A program made the translations under genes and the position numbers. From the NCBI RefSeq assembly GCF_003334315.1, contig NZ_QOWR01000018.1: a stretch of DNA of 64,000 nt. One strand, given 5' to 3'. This document shows positions 27,466 to 37,908 of the stretch, piece after piece. The stretch is from Escherichia coli. GTDB lineage: Bacteria > Pseudomonadota > Gammaproteobacteria > Enterobacterales > Enterobacteriaceae. Position 1 is the stretch's first letter. Each line of letters opens with the position of its first letter. The notes under the pieces are model-generated. The model saw only the letters and a list, made by a program, of their open reading frames with translations, had not been told where the DNA came from and searched no databases.

Positions 27466-27663
27466 AACTCACTCCCTGTTCTTTATCGTTATATAAAAGT
27501 TTATATATTGAATATTTAGCGCGCTAACAATAGAGGGAGTCTACCCATTTTGGGTTAAGAATTATTAATCCATATCAATAGAAGGGTATGAGTAATAAGG
27601 TGGGATTATGTTGTATGTTCAAATCGCCGGATTTGTCATATCCGGCGTTCAGTCGATAATGTG

Positions 27664-27969
27664 TTACTGCGGTTCGGCAGGCGCGCCATCCTGGCTAGAC
27701 TGCGCGGGAGCAGAGACGTTACCGCTGGTGGTGCGGGTATAGAGAATTTTATGCGTATCATTAGCGCAATGGCCGACGACCTGGGAATCAGGCTGATCAA
27801 CCTGGTCATTGGGTACAATACTTAACGTGAAGCTGCTTTCGGGTACGCCATTATTGATAATGCGCTGTGATATATCGCTCTGTATGCGCTCACAGGATCC
27901 CGGCGCGGCGAGTACCGCGGGTGAGGCGAGGGCGAGCAGAAGCGCGGCACAGCAGGTTGAGAGTTTCAT
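27664..27969 (-). CDS. ynfD: DUF1161 periplasmic protein YnfD
   Basis: 101 aa from MKLSTCCAALLLALASPAVLA signal peptide. Confidence 0.85.
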   Translation of the reverse strand: MKLSTCCAALLLALASPAVLAAPGSCERIQSDISQRIINNGVPESSFTLSIVPNDQVDQPDSQVVGHCANDTHKILYTRTTSGNVSAPAQSSQDGAPAEPQ

Positions 27970-28040
27970 CATAAGCTCCTTACGCGAAGATAACTTCTTT
28001 AAGCATAGCATTTAACGTGTAAAGTACTGTATTTGCTACT

Positions 28041-28757
28041 ATGATTGAGAATCATCTCTACTCTCTGGTGACTGTTGTGAAATACAAATTACTACCATGC
28101 TTACTCGCGATATTCCTCACAGGATGTGACCGCACAGAGGTAACACTTTCATTTACCCCTGAGATGGCCAGTTTCTCTAATGAATTCGATTTTGATCCGC
28201 TGCGTGGTCCGGTAAAAGATTTCACTCAGACATTAATGGATGAGCAAGGTGAAGTGACGAAACGTGTTTCTGGGACTTTGTCGGAAGAAGGCTGTTTTGA
28301 TTCACTCGAATTACTGGATCTGGAAAATAATACCGTGGTCGCTCTGGTACTGGACGCCAATTATTACCGTGATGCCGAGACGCTGGAGAAGAGAGTACGT
28401 TTACATGGAAAATGCCAGCTAGCAGAATTACCTTCTGCCGGGGTGAGTTGGGAAACCGATGATAATGGCTTCGTGATTAAAGCCAGCAGCAAACAAATGC
28501 AGATGGAATATCGCTATGATGATCAGGGTTATCCGCTGGGTAAAACCACGAAAAGTAACGACAAAACATTATCTGTCAGCGCCACGCCATCAACGGATCC
28601 GATCAAAAAATTAGATTACACAGCGGTTACTTTACTGAATAATCAACGGGTTGGTAATGTAAAACAGAGCTGTGAATATGACAGTCACGCTAATCCGGTG
28701 GACTGTCAGCTAATCATTGTTGATGAAGGAGTAAAACCCGCCGTCGAACGGGTTTAA
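28041..28757 (+). CDS. ynfC: UPF0257 lipoprotein YnfC; the true start may be the internal GTG at 28077 giving MKYKLLPCLLAIFLTGC
   Basis: Lipobox LTGC after a hydrophobic signal region; synteny. Confidence 0.82.
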   Translation: MIENHLYSLVTVVKYKLLPCLLAIFLTGCDRTEVTLSFTPEMASFSNEFDFDPLRGPVKDFTQTLMDEQGEVTKRVSGTLSEEGCFDSLELLDLENNTVVALVLDANYYRDAETLEKRVRLHGKCQLAELPSAGVSWETDDNGFVIKASSKQMQMEYRYDDQGYPLGKTTKSNDKTLSVSATPSTDPIKKLDYTAVTLLNNQRVGNVKQSCEYDSHANPVDCQLIIVDEGVKPAVERV

Positions 28758-28789
28758 ACCATCAAAAATACGATCGATTATTATTAATG

Positions 28790-29350
28790 CTATTGTGCGG
28801 TCGGCTTCAGGAGAGTCTGACCCGGTGTTTTGTGCTCTGCCAGATACTGATGCTGGAATATACACATGCGAATGGCATTACGATATTGACCATTAATAAA
28901 GAACTCGTGCATCAATTCACCTTCAACCGAAAAGCCAAGCTTGCGGTAAATGTGAATCGCTTTTTCATTCTCTTTATCAACGATCAGATACAGCTTATAG
29001 AGATTGAGAACGGTAAAGCCATAGTCCATTGCTAATTTGGCGGCACGGGTTGCCAGACCTTTCCCCTGATACTCCGGGGAGATAATTATCTGAAATTCTG
29101 CGCGGCGATGAACATGGTTAATTTCCACCAGCTCCACCAGACCGGCTTTTTCGCCGTCACATTCCACCACAAAGCGCCGTTCGCTCTGATCGTGAATATG
29201 CTTATCATACAGATCAGAGAGTTCAACAAAGGCTTCGTAGGGTTCCTCAAACCAGTAACGCATCACACTGGCGTTATTGTCGAGTTGATGTACATAGCGT
29301 AAATCTTCACGCTCCAGCGGGCGTAGCTTAACACTGTGGGCGCTTGGCAT
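28790..29350 (-). CDS. speG: spermidine N1-acetyltransferase SpeG
   Basis: 186 aa GNAT-family protein; synteny. Confidence 0.92.
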   Translation of the reverse strand: MPSAHSVKLRPLEREDLRYVHQLDNNASVMRYWFEEPYEAFVELSDLYDKHIHDQSERRFVVECDGEKAGLVELVEINHVHRRAEFQIIISPEYQGKGLATRAAKLAMDYGFTVLNLYKLYLIVDKENEKAIHIYRKLGFSVEGELMHEFFINGQYRNAIRMCIFQHQYLAEHKTPGQTLLKPTAQ

Positions 29351-29384
29351 AACGTGTCCTTACATTCCTTAAATCAATAACAGG

Positions 29385-29726
29385 TTAGGGGGTAATAACG
29401 CGGCCAGTTCGACGGTCCAGGCAGCGCAAAGTATTGGGCTCCCAGTAGGCATTGATGTTGGCGCTTTGCTCACATTTATCGCGGTTATCAAAAGCGGCGT
29501 CGGCTTTATCCCACTCTTTTTCAGTGCGTTTATTCACTTTCTGGCGCAGATTGCGCGTGTCATTCCATTGCTCTTTTTCCATAGCGGCGTGCTGGCGGCT
29601 TTGTGCACTGTCGCCAGACTCAATCACCAGTTTGTTAGTTTCGGCATGAACAGTTGTGCTCAATGCCAGTGCGCAAGGCAGCAGAATAGCGAGCAGGCCG
29701 ATTCGTTTGCTGAGAGTGATTTTCAT
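29385..29726 (-). CDS. ynfB: UPF0482 secreted protein YnfB
   Basis: 113 aa with signal peptide. Confidence 0.85.
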
Positions 29727-29860
29727 AATTCATTCCCTGTATGAATGATTAAAGGTGATTCTACACCATCCACTGCGGACGCAAAACGTACCAGGAGGGT
29801 GTTTATATTGATGATATTATGTCGCCCTATAACTATACATGATGTCAATAAGAGACAAAG

Positions 29861-30187
29861 ATGATTAAAACAACGTTACTATTTTTTGCTACTGCGCTGT
29901 GTGAAATTATTGGATGCTTTCTGCCCTGGTTGTGGTTAAAACGAAACGCCAGTATCTGGCTGTTGCTTCCGGCGGGGATTTCACTGGCGCTGTTTGTCTG
30001 GTTGTTAACGTTGCATCCAGCGGCGAGTGGGCGTGTTTACGCGGCTTATGGTGGCGTTTATGTCTGCACGGCGTTGATGTGGCTGCGCGTTGTGGATGGC
30101 GTGAAACTGACTCTTTATGACTGGACGGGTGCGTTGATTGCGCTTTGCGGCATGTTGATCATTGTTGCGGGCTGGGGGCGCACGTAG
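29861..30187 (+). CDS. ynfA: UPF0060 small membrane protein YnfA
   Basis: 108 aa 4-TM protein. Confidence 0.85.
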
Positions 30188-30392
30188 GAACATAAATCCA
30201 TTTTATCAATAAGATAAGAGGAAGTGTCAGCTGACAAAAGGTATTCTATTTCATCTTTTGTCAACCATTCACAGCGCAAATATACGCCTTTTTTTGTGAT
30301 CACTCCGGCTTTTTTCGATCTTTATACTTGTATGGTAGTAGCTCAGTTGCGTAGATTTCATGCATCACGACAAGCGATGCAAGGAATCGAAC

Positions 30393-31607
30393 ATGAAGAT
30401 CGTAAAGGCTGAAGTTTTTGTTACCTGTCCGGGGCGTAATTTCGTCACATTAAAAATCACCACTGAGGACGGTATTACGGGCCTTGGGGATGCCACCCTC
30501 AATGGACGTGAGCTTTCCGTGGCCTCTTATTTGCAGGATCACCTTTGTCCGCAGCTTATTGGTCGCGATGCGCACCGTATCGAAGATATCTGGCAGTTTT
30601 TCTATAAAGGTGCTTACTGGCGTCGCGGTCCGGTTACGATGTCGGCCATTTCAGCGGTTGATATGGCGCTGTGGGATATTAAAGCCAAAGCTGCCAACAT
30701 GCCGCTTTACCAGTTACTCGGCGGCGCGTCTCGTGAAGGGGTGATGGTTTATTGCCATACCACCGGTCACAGTATTGATGAAGCTCTGGATGATTATGCC
30801 CGTCATCAAGAGCTTGGATTCAAAGCCATCCGCGTGCAGTGCGGAATCCCTGGTATGAAAACCACCTACGGCATGTCGAAAGGTAAAGGTCTGGCTTATG
30901 AACCCGCAACCAAAGGACAGTGGCCGGAAGAGCAGCTGTGGTCGACGGAGAAATACCTCGATTTCATGCCGAAATTGTTTGACGCGGTACGTAACAAGTT
31001 TGGTTTTAATGAACATTTGCTGCATGACATGCACCATCGCTTAACGCCTATTGAAGCGGCGCGCTTTGGTAAAAGCATTGAAGATTATCGCATGTTCTGG
31101 ATGGAAGACCCGACGCCTGCGGAAAACCAGGAATGCTTCCGTCTCATTCGCCAACATACCGTCACACCCATCGCAGTGGGTGAAGTCTTCAACAGCATCT
31201 GGGACTGCAAACAACTGATTGAAGAGCAACTTATCGATTATATCCGCACCACGCTGACCCATGCAGGCGGAATTACCGGTATGCGCCGGATTGCCGATTT
31301 TGCTTCGCTGTATCAGGTACGTACTGGCTCACACGGTCCTTCCGATTTGTCACCAGTCTGCATGGCTGCGGCGCTGCACTTTGATCTGTGGGTCCCCAAT
31401 TTCGGTGTCCAGGAATACATGGGTTATTCCGAACAAATGCTCGAAGTCTTCCCGCACAACTGGACTTTCGATAACGGCTATATGCATCCGGGAGACAAAC
31501 CGGGTCTTGGTATCGAATTCGATGAAAAGCTGGCGGCGAAATATCCCTATGAACCTGCTTATCTACCAGTCGCACGTCTGGAAGATGGCACGCTGTGGAA
31601 CTGGTAA
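30393..31607 (+). CDS. rspA: starvation-sensing protein RspA (enolase-superfamily dehydratase)
   Basis: 404 aa from [24 protein letters not shown]. Confidence 0.92.
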
Positions 31608-31618
31608 GGAGTAAGATA

Positions 31619-32638
31619 ATGAAAAGCATATTAATTGAAAAACCGAATCAACTGGCGATTGTCGAACGTGAAATACCCACCCCGTCAGCGGGTGAAGTAC
31701 GAGTAAAAGTGAAACTTGCCGGAATTTGTGGTTCAGATAGCCATATTTATCGTGGGCATAATCCTTTTGCGAAATATCCGCGCGTCATTGGTCATGAATT
31801 CTTTGGCGTCATTGATGCAGTGGGTGAAGGCGTGGAAAGCGCCAGAGTCGGTGAACGTGTTGCTGTCGATCCGGTGGTCAGCTGTGGGCATTGCTATCCG
31901 TGCTCTATAGGTAAACCGAACGTTTGTACGATACTGGCTGTATTAGGTGTGCACGCTGACGGTGGTTTCAGTGAATATGCCATGGTTCCGGCAAAAAATG
32001 CGTGGAAAATTCCTGAAGCAGTGGCCGATCAATATGCGGTAATGATCGAACCTTTTACCATTGCGGCTAACGTAACCGGACATGGTCAACCGACTGAAAA
32101 TGATACCGTTCTGGTTTATGGTGCCGGTCCAATCGGCCTGACGATCGTTCAGGTATTAAAAGGCGTCTATAACGTTAAAAATGTGATTGTTGCCGATCGC
32201 ATTGATGAACGACTGGAAAAAGCGAAAGAGAGCGGGGCTGACTGGGCGATTAATAACAGCCAGACACCGCTTGGCGAGATTTTCACTGAAAAAGGCATCA
32301 AGCCGACATTAATTATCGATGCGGCTTGTCATCCTTCTATCCTGAAAGAGGCCGTAACGCTGGCTTCTCCAGCGGCACGTATTGTATTGATGGGGTTCTC
32401 CAGTGAACCGTCTGAAGTGATTCAGCAAGGAATTACCGGAAAAGAACTCTCTATTTTCTCTTCACGCTTAAATGCAAATAAATTCCCGATCGTTATCGAC
32501 TGGTTAAGTAAAGGGTTAATTAAACCAGAAAAATTAATTACCCATACGTTTGATTTCCAGCATGTTGCTGATGCCATTAGTTTATTTGAACAGGATCAAA
32601 AACATTGCTGCAAAGTCTTACTCACTTTTTCTGAATAA
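31619..32638 (+). CDS. rspB: starvation-sensing protein RspB (Zn-dependent alcohol dehydrogenase family)
   Basis: 339 aa from MKSILIEKPNQ; GHEFFG and CGHCYPC Zn motifs. Confidence 0.92.
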   Translation: MKSILIEKPNQLAIVEREIPTPSAGEVRVKVKLAGICGSDSHIYRGHNPFAKYPRVIGHEFFGVIDAVGEGVESARVGERVAVDPVVSCGHCYPCSIGKPNVCTILAVLGVHADGGFSEYAMVPAKNAWKIPEAVADQYAVMIEPFTIAANVTGHGQPTENDTVLVYGAGPIGLTIVQVLKGVYNVKNVIVADRIDERLEKAKESGADWAINNSQTPLGEIFTEKGIKPTLIIDAACHPSILKEAVTLASPAARIVLMGFSSEPSEVIQQGITGKELSIFSSRLNANKFPIVIDWLSKGLIKPEKLITHTFDFQHVADAISLFEQDQKHCCKVLLTFSE

Positions 32639-32695
32639 TACCAATAACGGCGAGTAAGTAGTACGCATCTTACCTCTTTTTTAGAGATAACCATT

Positions 32696-32806
32696 ATGAC
32701 AATAGAAAAACACGAAAGAAGCACTAAGGATTTGGTGAAAGCAGCAGTATCGGGATGGCTGGGCACTGCGCTTGAATTTATGGATTTCAAGAGTCATGCG
32801 TGTTAA
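32696..32806 (+). pseudogene. ydfJ: 5' fragment of MFS (MHS-family) transporter gene ydfJ, truncated at the prophage junction
   Basis: MTIEKHERSTKDLVKAAVSGWLGTALEFMDF... then premature stop as the sequence becomes phage-like; in K-12 ydfJ is the Qin insertion target. Confidence 0.6.
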
Positions 32807-32825
32807 CTATTTGATAAATATTAAA

Positions 32826-34121
32826 TTAATTTTTCATTGCTTCGTTATGGGGCATGGTTGGGGCAAACTCGCTTAACTGTGTATTTAACAAAGCTACCTG
32901 TGCATTATTGTTTTCAGACATCCATTTTCCGTATACCTGAAATACCATTTGCGCATCTGCATGGCCCATCTGGTTTGCTATAAATGCCGGGTTAGCACCA
33001 GCTGTCAGCGACCAGCAGGCATAAGTATGTCTCGACTGATATGATTTTCGATGGCGGAGTCCGGCACGTTTTATCGCTGCGTCCCACATCTGCCTTATTG
33101 AGTCAACGGTAAAATGGTCACCATAATTTTTTACTCTCGCTGACACTTCAGGTTGAAAAACAAAGGTGCATTTTTGTTTTTCTGTTCTGCCATACTCTCT
33201 GAGGTGAACATCAATGATATGCTCTTTGCTCAGTCTCGTTAATGTCATCTGGCTCCGGAGAGCGTCGATTGCTGGCTTAATAAGATGAATGACCCGATTG
33301 GTTCCCGCCTGTGTTTTTGGTACCGTGAAACGGTCTTTTGCTAAATTTCTCCTGATCATCATTGTTCCATTTTTCAGATCTATGTCCTCCCATCCAAGTG
33401 CACACAGCTCACCAGGGCGAACGCCAGTATAAACAGAAACACACCATAAATTTTTTGCTTGCTGATTTCTGCACGCATCGATAAGACGGATAAATTCCTC
33501 CCGCGAAAGAGGATCCGGAATGGTTCTTGATTCCTTTAATGGCGAGATCCCCTTAAGCGGATTATCTGGCAGGTAACCGTTATCAACACCAAACTGGAAC
33601 ACGGCGTTAAGATTTGTCATGTAATTATTTACAGTTACAGCCGATCGCCCTGGTTGTGTAACAATATAGTTACTTTTGGGGATCTGGTATCCAGTCAGTA
33701 GCTCTTTACGAACCTCCAGTAATTTTTCTTTATTAATCGATGAGGCAAGATTTTTTTCACCGATTATGCTCAGGATATTTTTGATGACGGCACGGTATGT
33801 GTTGAGTGATGTTTTGGCGACTTCAGTTTCTTTCAGTGCCAGAAATTTTTCAGCCAGTTCTTTTATGGTTAAATCTTGTCGGGCCTCACCAAATTTTTCC
33901 AGATTGCGTGAGGAGGGAAACTGTTTTGCATAGTCGAAAACACCAGTTTTTATTGCGTAACAAACAGAGGAGCGTAGTTCACCTGCAACGCGCCTGTTTT
34001 TTGCTGTGTCAGGAACCCCCAGATTTTCCCTGACTCTTACGCCTTTATAAACAAACCAGATACGTAATTTCCCTCCATGGTTTTCCACGCCTGTCGGATA
34101 TTTCATTTCAACTTCTCTCAT
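32826..34121 (-). CDS. phage integrase, tyrosine recombinase (probable start at MKYPTGVENHGG)
   Basis: C-terminal catalytic motifs (R...HxxR...Y region: RHRKSYQSRHTYACW); sits at the prophage edge. Confidence 0.85.
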   Translation of the reverse strand: MREVEMKYPTGVENHGGKLRIWFVYKGVRVRENLGVPDTAKNRRVAGELRSSVCYAIKTGVFDYAKQFPSSRNLEKFGEARQDLTIKELAEKFLALKETEVAKTSLNTYRAVIKNILSIIGEKNLASSINKEKLLEVRKELLTGYQIPKSNYIVTQPGRSAVTVNNYMTNLNAVFQFGVDNGYLPDNPLKGISPLKESRTIPDPLSREEFIRLIDACRNQQAKNLWCVSVYTGVRPGELCALGWEDIDLKNGTMMIRRNLAKDRFTVPKTQAGTNRVIHLIKPAIDALRSQMTLTRLSKEHIIDVHLREYGRTEKQKCTFVFQPEVSARVKNYGDHFTVDSIRQMWDAAIKRAGLRHRKSYQSRHTYACWSLTAGANPAFIANQMGHADAQMVFQVYGKWMSENNNAQVALLNTQLSEFAPTMPHNEAMKN

Positions 34122-34140
34122 TAGTTAGTGTGGCTTTTAG

Positions 34141-34392
34141 TCAAGTAAGATGACGTCTTGGTCTCGCTGATGCCTGGCGCTCAATCCAGCGATCAATTTC
34201 TTCCAGGTTGTAAAAGCATGGACTGTTATCCCATGGCATACCGTCATGAGCGACATGCTTATATTCCCTTCCTTCCATAAACGATTTTTCCCGGGCCTTT
34301 TTTAACGTACCTTTTTTTATTCCTTTCAGCGCAATTAACTGCTCTTCGGATACCCATTTGCCGGGAGAGACAATCATGATTACTTCGCTCAT
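34141..34392 (-). CDS. putative excisionase-like protein
   Basis: 83 aa ORF immediately upstream of int in the same operon orientation. Confidence 0.45.
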   Translation of the reverse strand: MSEVIMIVSPGKWVSEEQLIALKGIKKGTLKKAREKSFMEGREYKHVAHDGMPWDNSPCFYNLEEIDRWIERQASARPRRHLT

Positions 34393-34464
34393 CGATTTCT
34401 TTATCTCTTACATCAGACGAGCGCCGGTTGCAGAATACCAGTCACAACCGGCGACAGTTGAACA

Positions 34465-36936
34465 TTAAGAATCAGCCTGACTCGGGATCAGTTTTTGCCA
34501 GATAACTGAAACGTATTTTGCCTGGTAACGGGCGTCATCAAGTGCATTATGGCGCTCACCTTCGAATGGAATAGCCGTTCTGGCATCGAAGTCTATGGCT
34601 TTCCCCAGCTCAACGATTGTGCGTACATCGCGATCGTTGTAGTAACGCCACGGGCAGGGGATCCCCTGCCGTTCGTATGAACGGCGCAAAATCGTGTTGT
34701 CGAAGTTGGCTCCATTTCCCCAAACCTGAACAAAAAATTCACCGGAGTTTTCGTCGATAAATTCCCGCAATTGTAACAGTGCATCATCTAACGGGATTTC
34801 ATCGGTCATAATGGCAGATTGCGCTTCGCGTGATTGCTTAAGCCACCATTTAATGGTGTTCCGATCAATGACTCCGCCAGCAGTTTCCAGATCGATAGTC
34901 TTACTAAATTCCGGTCCCATATCTCCGGTTTGCGGATCGAAAAATATTGCACCTATTGAGATGATCGGGGCATCAGGATTTTTTCCCATGGTTTCAAGGT
35001 CGATCATTAGATGGTCACACGTCCTGCTGGTGGATGTGATTTCGTGATGACCGTTCACCTTAATTGAGTGATCTGCCGTCTCGCCAGTTTCATTATCGCT
35101 ATTGTGATGCTGATTGCCGCCAGTGTTCTCCTTGTGTGGATGTTCAGCGCCTTCCATTTCCTCCGGATCATCTTCCTGAACTTCAACCTGATATTCTTCA
35201 TCGAATGTTTCTTGATATGTTGCGTCGCCCATCACCGCGCCACAATCAGGGCAGTTGCCGCCGCCGGTCTGACCGCAGGCGGTGCAGACTTTTTCCACTT
35301 CCTGTTGCGCCACTGGTTCAGGCTGTTTCGTTTCTGGCTCGTTTTGTAACGCATTTGTGCTGTTTTGTTCCGCTTTTTGGTAGTTCCGTTCCGATTTATG
35401 CTGGTTCTGGTTCACAGAATCGCGGGTCTGGATCCCCTTAACCCATTTCGGATCATTCGGGTCACTAATCCCTTCAACAAATTCACCACGTGATGCAGCA
35501 AGCAACTTATCGGCGTCAGGCTGGCTGATATTGGCTGCCTGCATAATTTTGTTTACTTCGTCAGCGGTAACTTTTATCGGCTCTGGTTGTTCTGAATCTT
35601 CAGCGGTATCTACATTTTGCGGTAAGCCCGTGTATGTGCCATTTTTTCGGGCAAAATATTCTTCTTTTGTGATTTCAGTGGCGCCAGCAGCCAGTGCCTT
35701 ATCCAGACCAGAAAGTTTGTTTGCGCGACCGTATTTTTCTCCGTCCTTATCTGCGAAGAGGAAATAGAACGGCCCCTCACGCTCTACAGATGGTTCAGCT
35801 TCCGGCGCGGTTTCATTTTTTGGGATATCAGATACCTCAGTTTCCACTGCATCAGTTTGTGTTTCTGATGACTGGAGAACATCAACAGTGCCCAGGTCTG
35901 TTTCTTCATTCTCAAACACGCCCTTTGTCGTCAGGTATTCGCAGATATATTTGTTCAGTGCTATGGGATCTTTGTGAATGTCGATCGGACGCTCACGGAC
36001 AAGGCCAAAAATAGTCTGGCGGTCGTAGCGAAGGGCATCAGGCTGTTTGCGCATTGATGCCGAGATACGCTTCCAGTCTTCGCGGTCGTTGTCGATAACT
36101 TCTTTTTTTGCCCAGCGATGGATGCTGCCGTCAATGTTTCCGGCATCCACATCACCAGGCCAGAGAGCGTAGGCCAGTTCGTCATCCAGTGTTTTCCATG
36201 TCTGCTTGTATTCGCGATGAATGGCAGCAATGACCGGGCTGATTTTTCCTGTTGAATTTTCAGTGTACTGTTGATTGGCTCTGGCGCGGGCGAGATCAAC
36301 AACAGACGTGTATTTTCCGGTTTCCTTGCGTTCACCTTCGCGACGTTTTTTCCAGATGCGCATCTCTGCCTGAATTTCGGGCCATTTAGCACCAGGAATA
36401 CATTTATGCTTAACCCACCCAATGGCGTGCAACTTAAGCTCCGGATACATGGCGTTAACTTCTGGCATTTTCATCAACGCTTCAACGATATGTCCGTCGA
36501 ATGTTGCCATGTCTTCCTGCAACAATTCCTGTGCGCTAATAACCATATCAACGGTGATGTTTTCACATGTGTCGAACTTAACCATGACAGCGTTCTGTAC
36601 TTCAGGGGCCAGCTTGTCAAAAGTGACGTTCATCGGATCGGATTCAGTCTCAACCGGGACAAAAGAAGCAGACTCCTCATCCCAGCGGTTTTCCTGCATA
36701 TATTCAGCATCCCATGAATCGAGGGCAGGGCGGGGTATGCCAGGTTTATCCTCGCAGACAATAAATTTATAAGCGCAGTCCTGAGCAGCCGGATAATGTT
36801 CCAGGAACTGCCAGTGAAATTTTGCTCGAGCACGGCGTTCGTCGCCAGCTTCAATGGCTGTGGCTACAGCCACAGCGCCTTCTTCCCTTGTTGCCAGTTC
36901 GTCAGGAATAGCGGCGCAAATAAAGACTTTACTCAT
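34465..36936 (-). CDS. RecE-family phage exonuclease with a C-terminal DnaQ-like (DEDDh) 3'-5' exonuclease domain
   Basis: C-terminus has Exo I (MIDLETMG), Exo II (GANFDNTIL) and Exo III (HNALDDARYQ) motifs; central DKLLAASRGEFVEGISDPNDPKWVKGIQTRD segment recalled from RecE. Confidence 0.7.
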   Translation of the reverse strand: MSKVFICAAIPDELATREEGAVAVATAIEAGDERRARAKFHWQFLEHYPAAQDCAYKFIVCEDKPGIPRPALDSWDAEYMQENRWDEESASFVPVETESDPMNVTFDKLAPEVQNAVMVKFDTCENITVDMVISAQELLQEDMATFDGHIVEALMKMPEVNAMYPELKLHAIGWVKHKCIPGAKWPEIQAEMRIWKKRREGERKETGKYTSVVDLARARANQQYTENSTGKISPVIAAIHREYKQTWKTLDDELAYALWPGDVDAGNIDGSIHRWAKKEVIDNDREDWKRISASMRKQPDALRYDRQTIFGLVRERPIDIHKDPIALNKYICEYLTTKGVFENEETDLGTVDVLQSSETQTDAVETEVSDIPKNETAPEAEPSVEREGPFYFLFADKDGEKYGRANKLSGLDKALAAGATEITKEEYFARKNGTYTGLPQNVDTAEDSEQPEPIKVTADEVNKIMQAANISQPDADKLLAASRGEFVEGISDPNDPKWVKGIQTRDSVNQNQHKSERNYQKAEQNSTNALQNEPETKQPEPVAQQEVEKVCTACGQTGGGNCPDCGAVMGDATYQETFDEEYQVEVQEDDPEEMEGAEHPHKENTGGNQHHNSDNETGETADHSIKVNGHHEITSTSRTCDHLMIDLETMGKNPDAPIISIGAIFFDPQTGDMGPEFSKTIDLETAGGVIDRNTIKWWLKQSREAQSAIMTDEIPLDDALLQLREFIDENSGEFFVQVWGNGANFDNTILRRSYERQGIPCPWRYYNDRDVRTIVELGKAIDFDARTAIPFEGERHNALDDARYQAKYVSVIWQKLIPSQADS

Positions 36937-37029
36937 TTTGTTTTAACCTCATGACAGATTTAAGGATGAACAAATCCCTGCCATTGCTGGCATATAAGAA
37001 TGAAACCGGATATTTATTACGGAACTGTT

Positions 37030-37221
37030 TTAAAGACCTGCCGGGATTTCGATATTATCCTGGTGAATAACTTTATCGACCGGGTAACAGTTACCGGGAA
37101 TTTTCTGTTCGGTTGCTGCAGTCATACACTCCTGCATTGTCCTGTGAACACTGACTGCAATATCAACTGGCTCTCCGGAAACAAGAAAAACTGTCAGAAC
37201 AAGCGCAAATGCTGAATTCAT
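37030..37221 (-). CDS. ydfD: YdfD-like small lysis-associated protein (63 aa)
   Basis: MNSAFALVLTVFLVSGEPVDIAVS...; 4-nt overlap with dicB stop. Confidence 0.7.
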   Translation of the reverse strand: MNSAFALVLTVFLVSGEPVDIAVSVHRTMQECMTAATEQKIPGNCYPVDKVIHQDNIEIPAGL

Positions 37222-37406
37222 TGTGCACATCCTTTTGGCATCAGACGTAAACGAGCCAGCATTGAAACAATGCATATTTTATTTAATAGCTCCCGTTCTT
37301 GTTTTCTCTTGTTAATGGCATCTTCAGTAAATACAGGGTTACTGATAGTGACACCAATTTCAAAACAACCTTCAGACGTATTAACGTTTGGTAATAACGT
37401 TTTCAT
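37218..37406 (-). CDS. dicB: cell division inhibitor DicB (62 aa)
   Basis: MKTLLPNVNTSEGCFEIGVTISNPVFTEDAINKRKQERELLNKICIVSMLARLRLMPKGCAQ matches DicB as recalled. Confidence 0.85.
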   Translation of the reverse strand: MKTLLPNVNTSEGCFEIGVTISNPVFTEDAINKRKQERELLNKICIVSMLARLRLMPKGCAQ

Positions 37407-37580
37407 TATCGCGTCCTCAACAATGAATTTTGTGATGCAGTGCCTGGTGCCTCCAGGTGACGTTAACCAGTTAACAATTAACGCCGGATACAGAGAATCC
37501 ACCCATAACACTGTTTTTGGTTTTAACTGTTCCGCGTGCGCTTAGCCGCATTCACCGCATCACAAAATTCACTTTAAAAA

Positions 37581-37633
37581 CGGCGGCAGAGCAGTCACGG
37601 AGTAAAACTGATACCGCCAAACGTCACCAGAAA
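37581..37633 (-). ncRNA. dicF: DicF small regulatory RNA (ftsZ-targeting) with its 3' T-run
   Basis: Reverse complement reads TTTCTGGTGACGTTTGGCGGTATCAGTTTTACTCCGTGACTGCTCTGCCGCCG followed by TTTTT, matching DicF as recalled; located upstream of dicB. Confidence 0.85.
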
Positions 37634-37908
37634 ATTGATAACAGAGGGCGTTGCAGCGGGGTTGTCACTTAAGCGTATGGTCAACCTGACAACTCGGTGT
37701 CCTCAACGGGGAAGGAATAACCCCGCCATACTTACCGCCGCGCCATTTCGCGGGTTGCCACAACCGGAAGCGCACGGTCGAATTAAATTTAACGACACCG
37801 TACAGTGAGACGAACTTCGCCGTGCGCTTTCGTGTTGTGTGCCTGCTTTTAACCACGTCAGGCGAGGTGGTATCCTTCTTATTCCGAATAACCAAGAAGG
37901 AAATCTAT

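Noticed and set aside
22020-27519. Numerous 60-200 aa ORFs on the plus strand within ynfG, ynfF and ynfE
   Set aside because: Antisense shadow ORFs inside long, clearly coding minus-strand genes.
32653-32682. Possible terminator after rspB
   Set aside because: Stem is only 5 bp with a 10-nt loop; too weak to call.
37000-37215. 71 aa plus-strand ORF
   Set aside because: Antisense to ydfD with no RBS; ydfD is the recognizable product.
37665-37895. 76 aa minus-strand ORF upstream of DicF
   Set aside because: Low-complexity translation overlapping the DicF precursor/leader region; more likely untranslated operon RNA.
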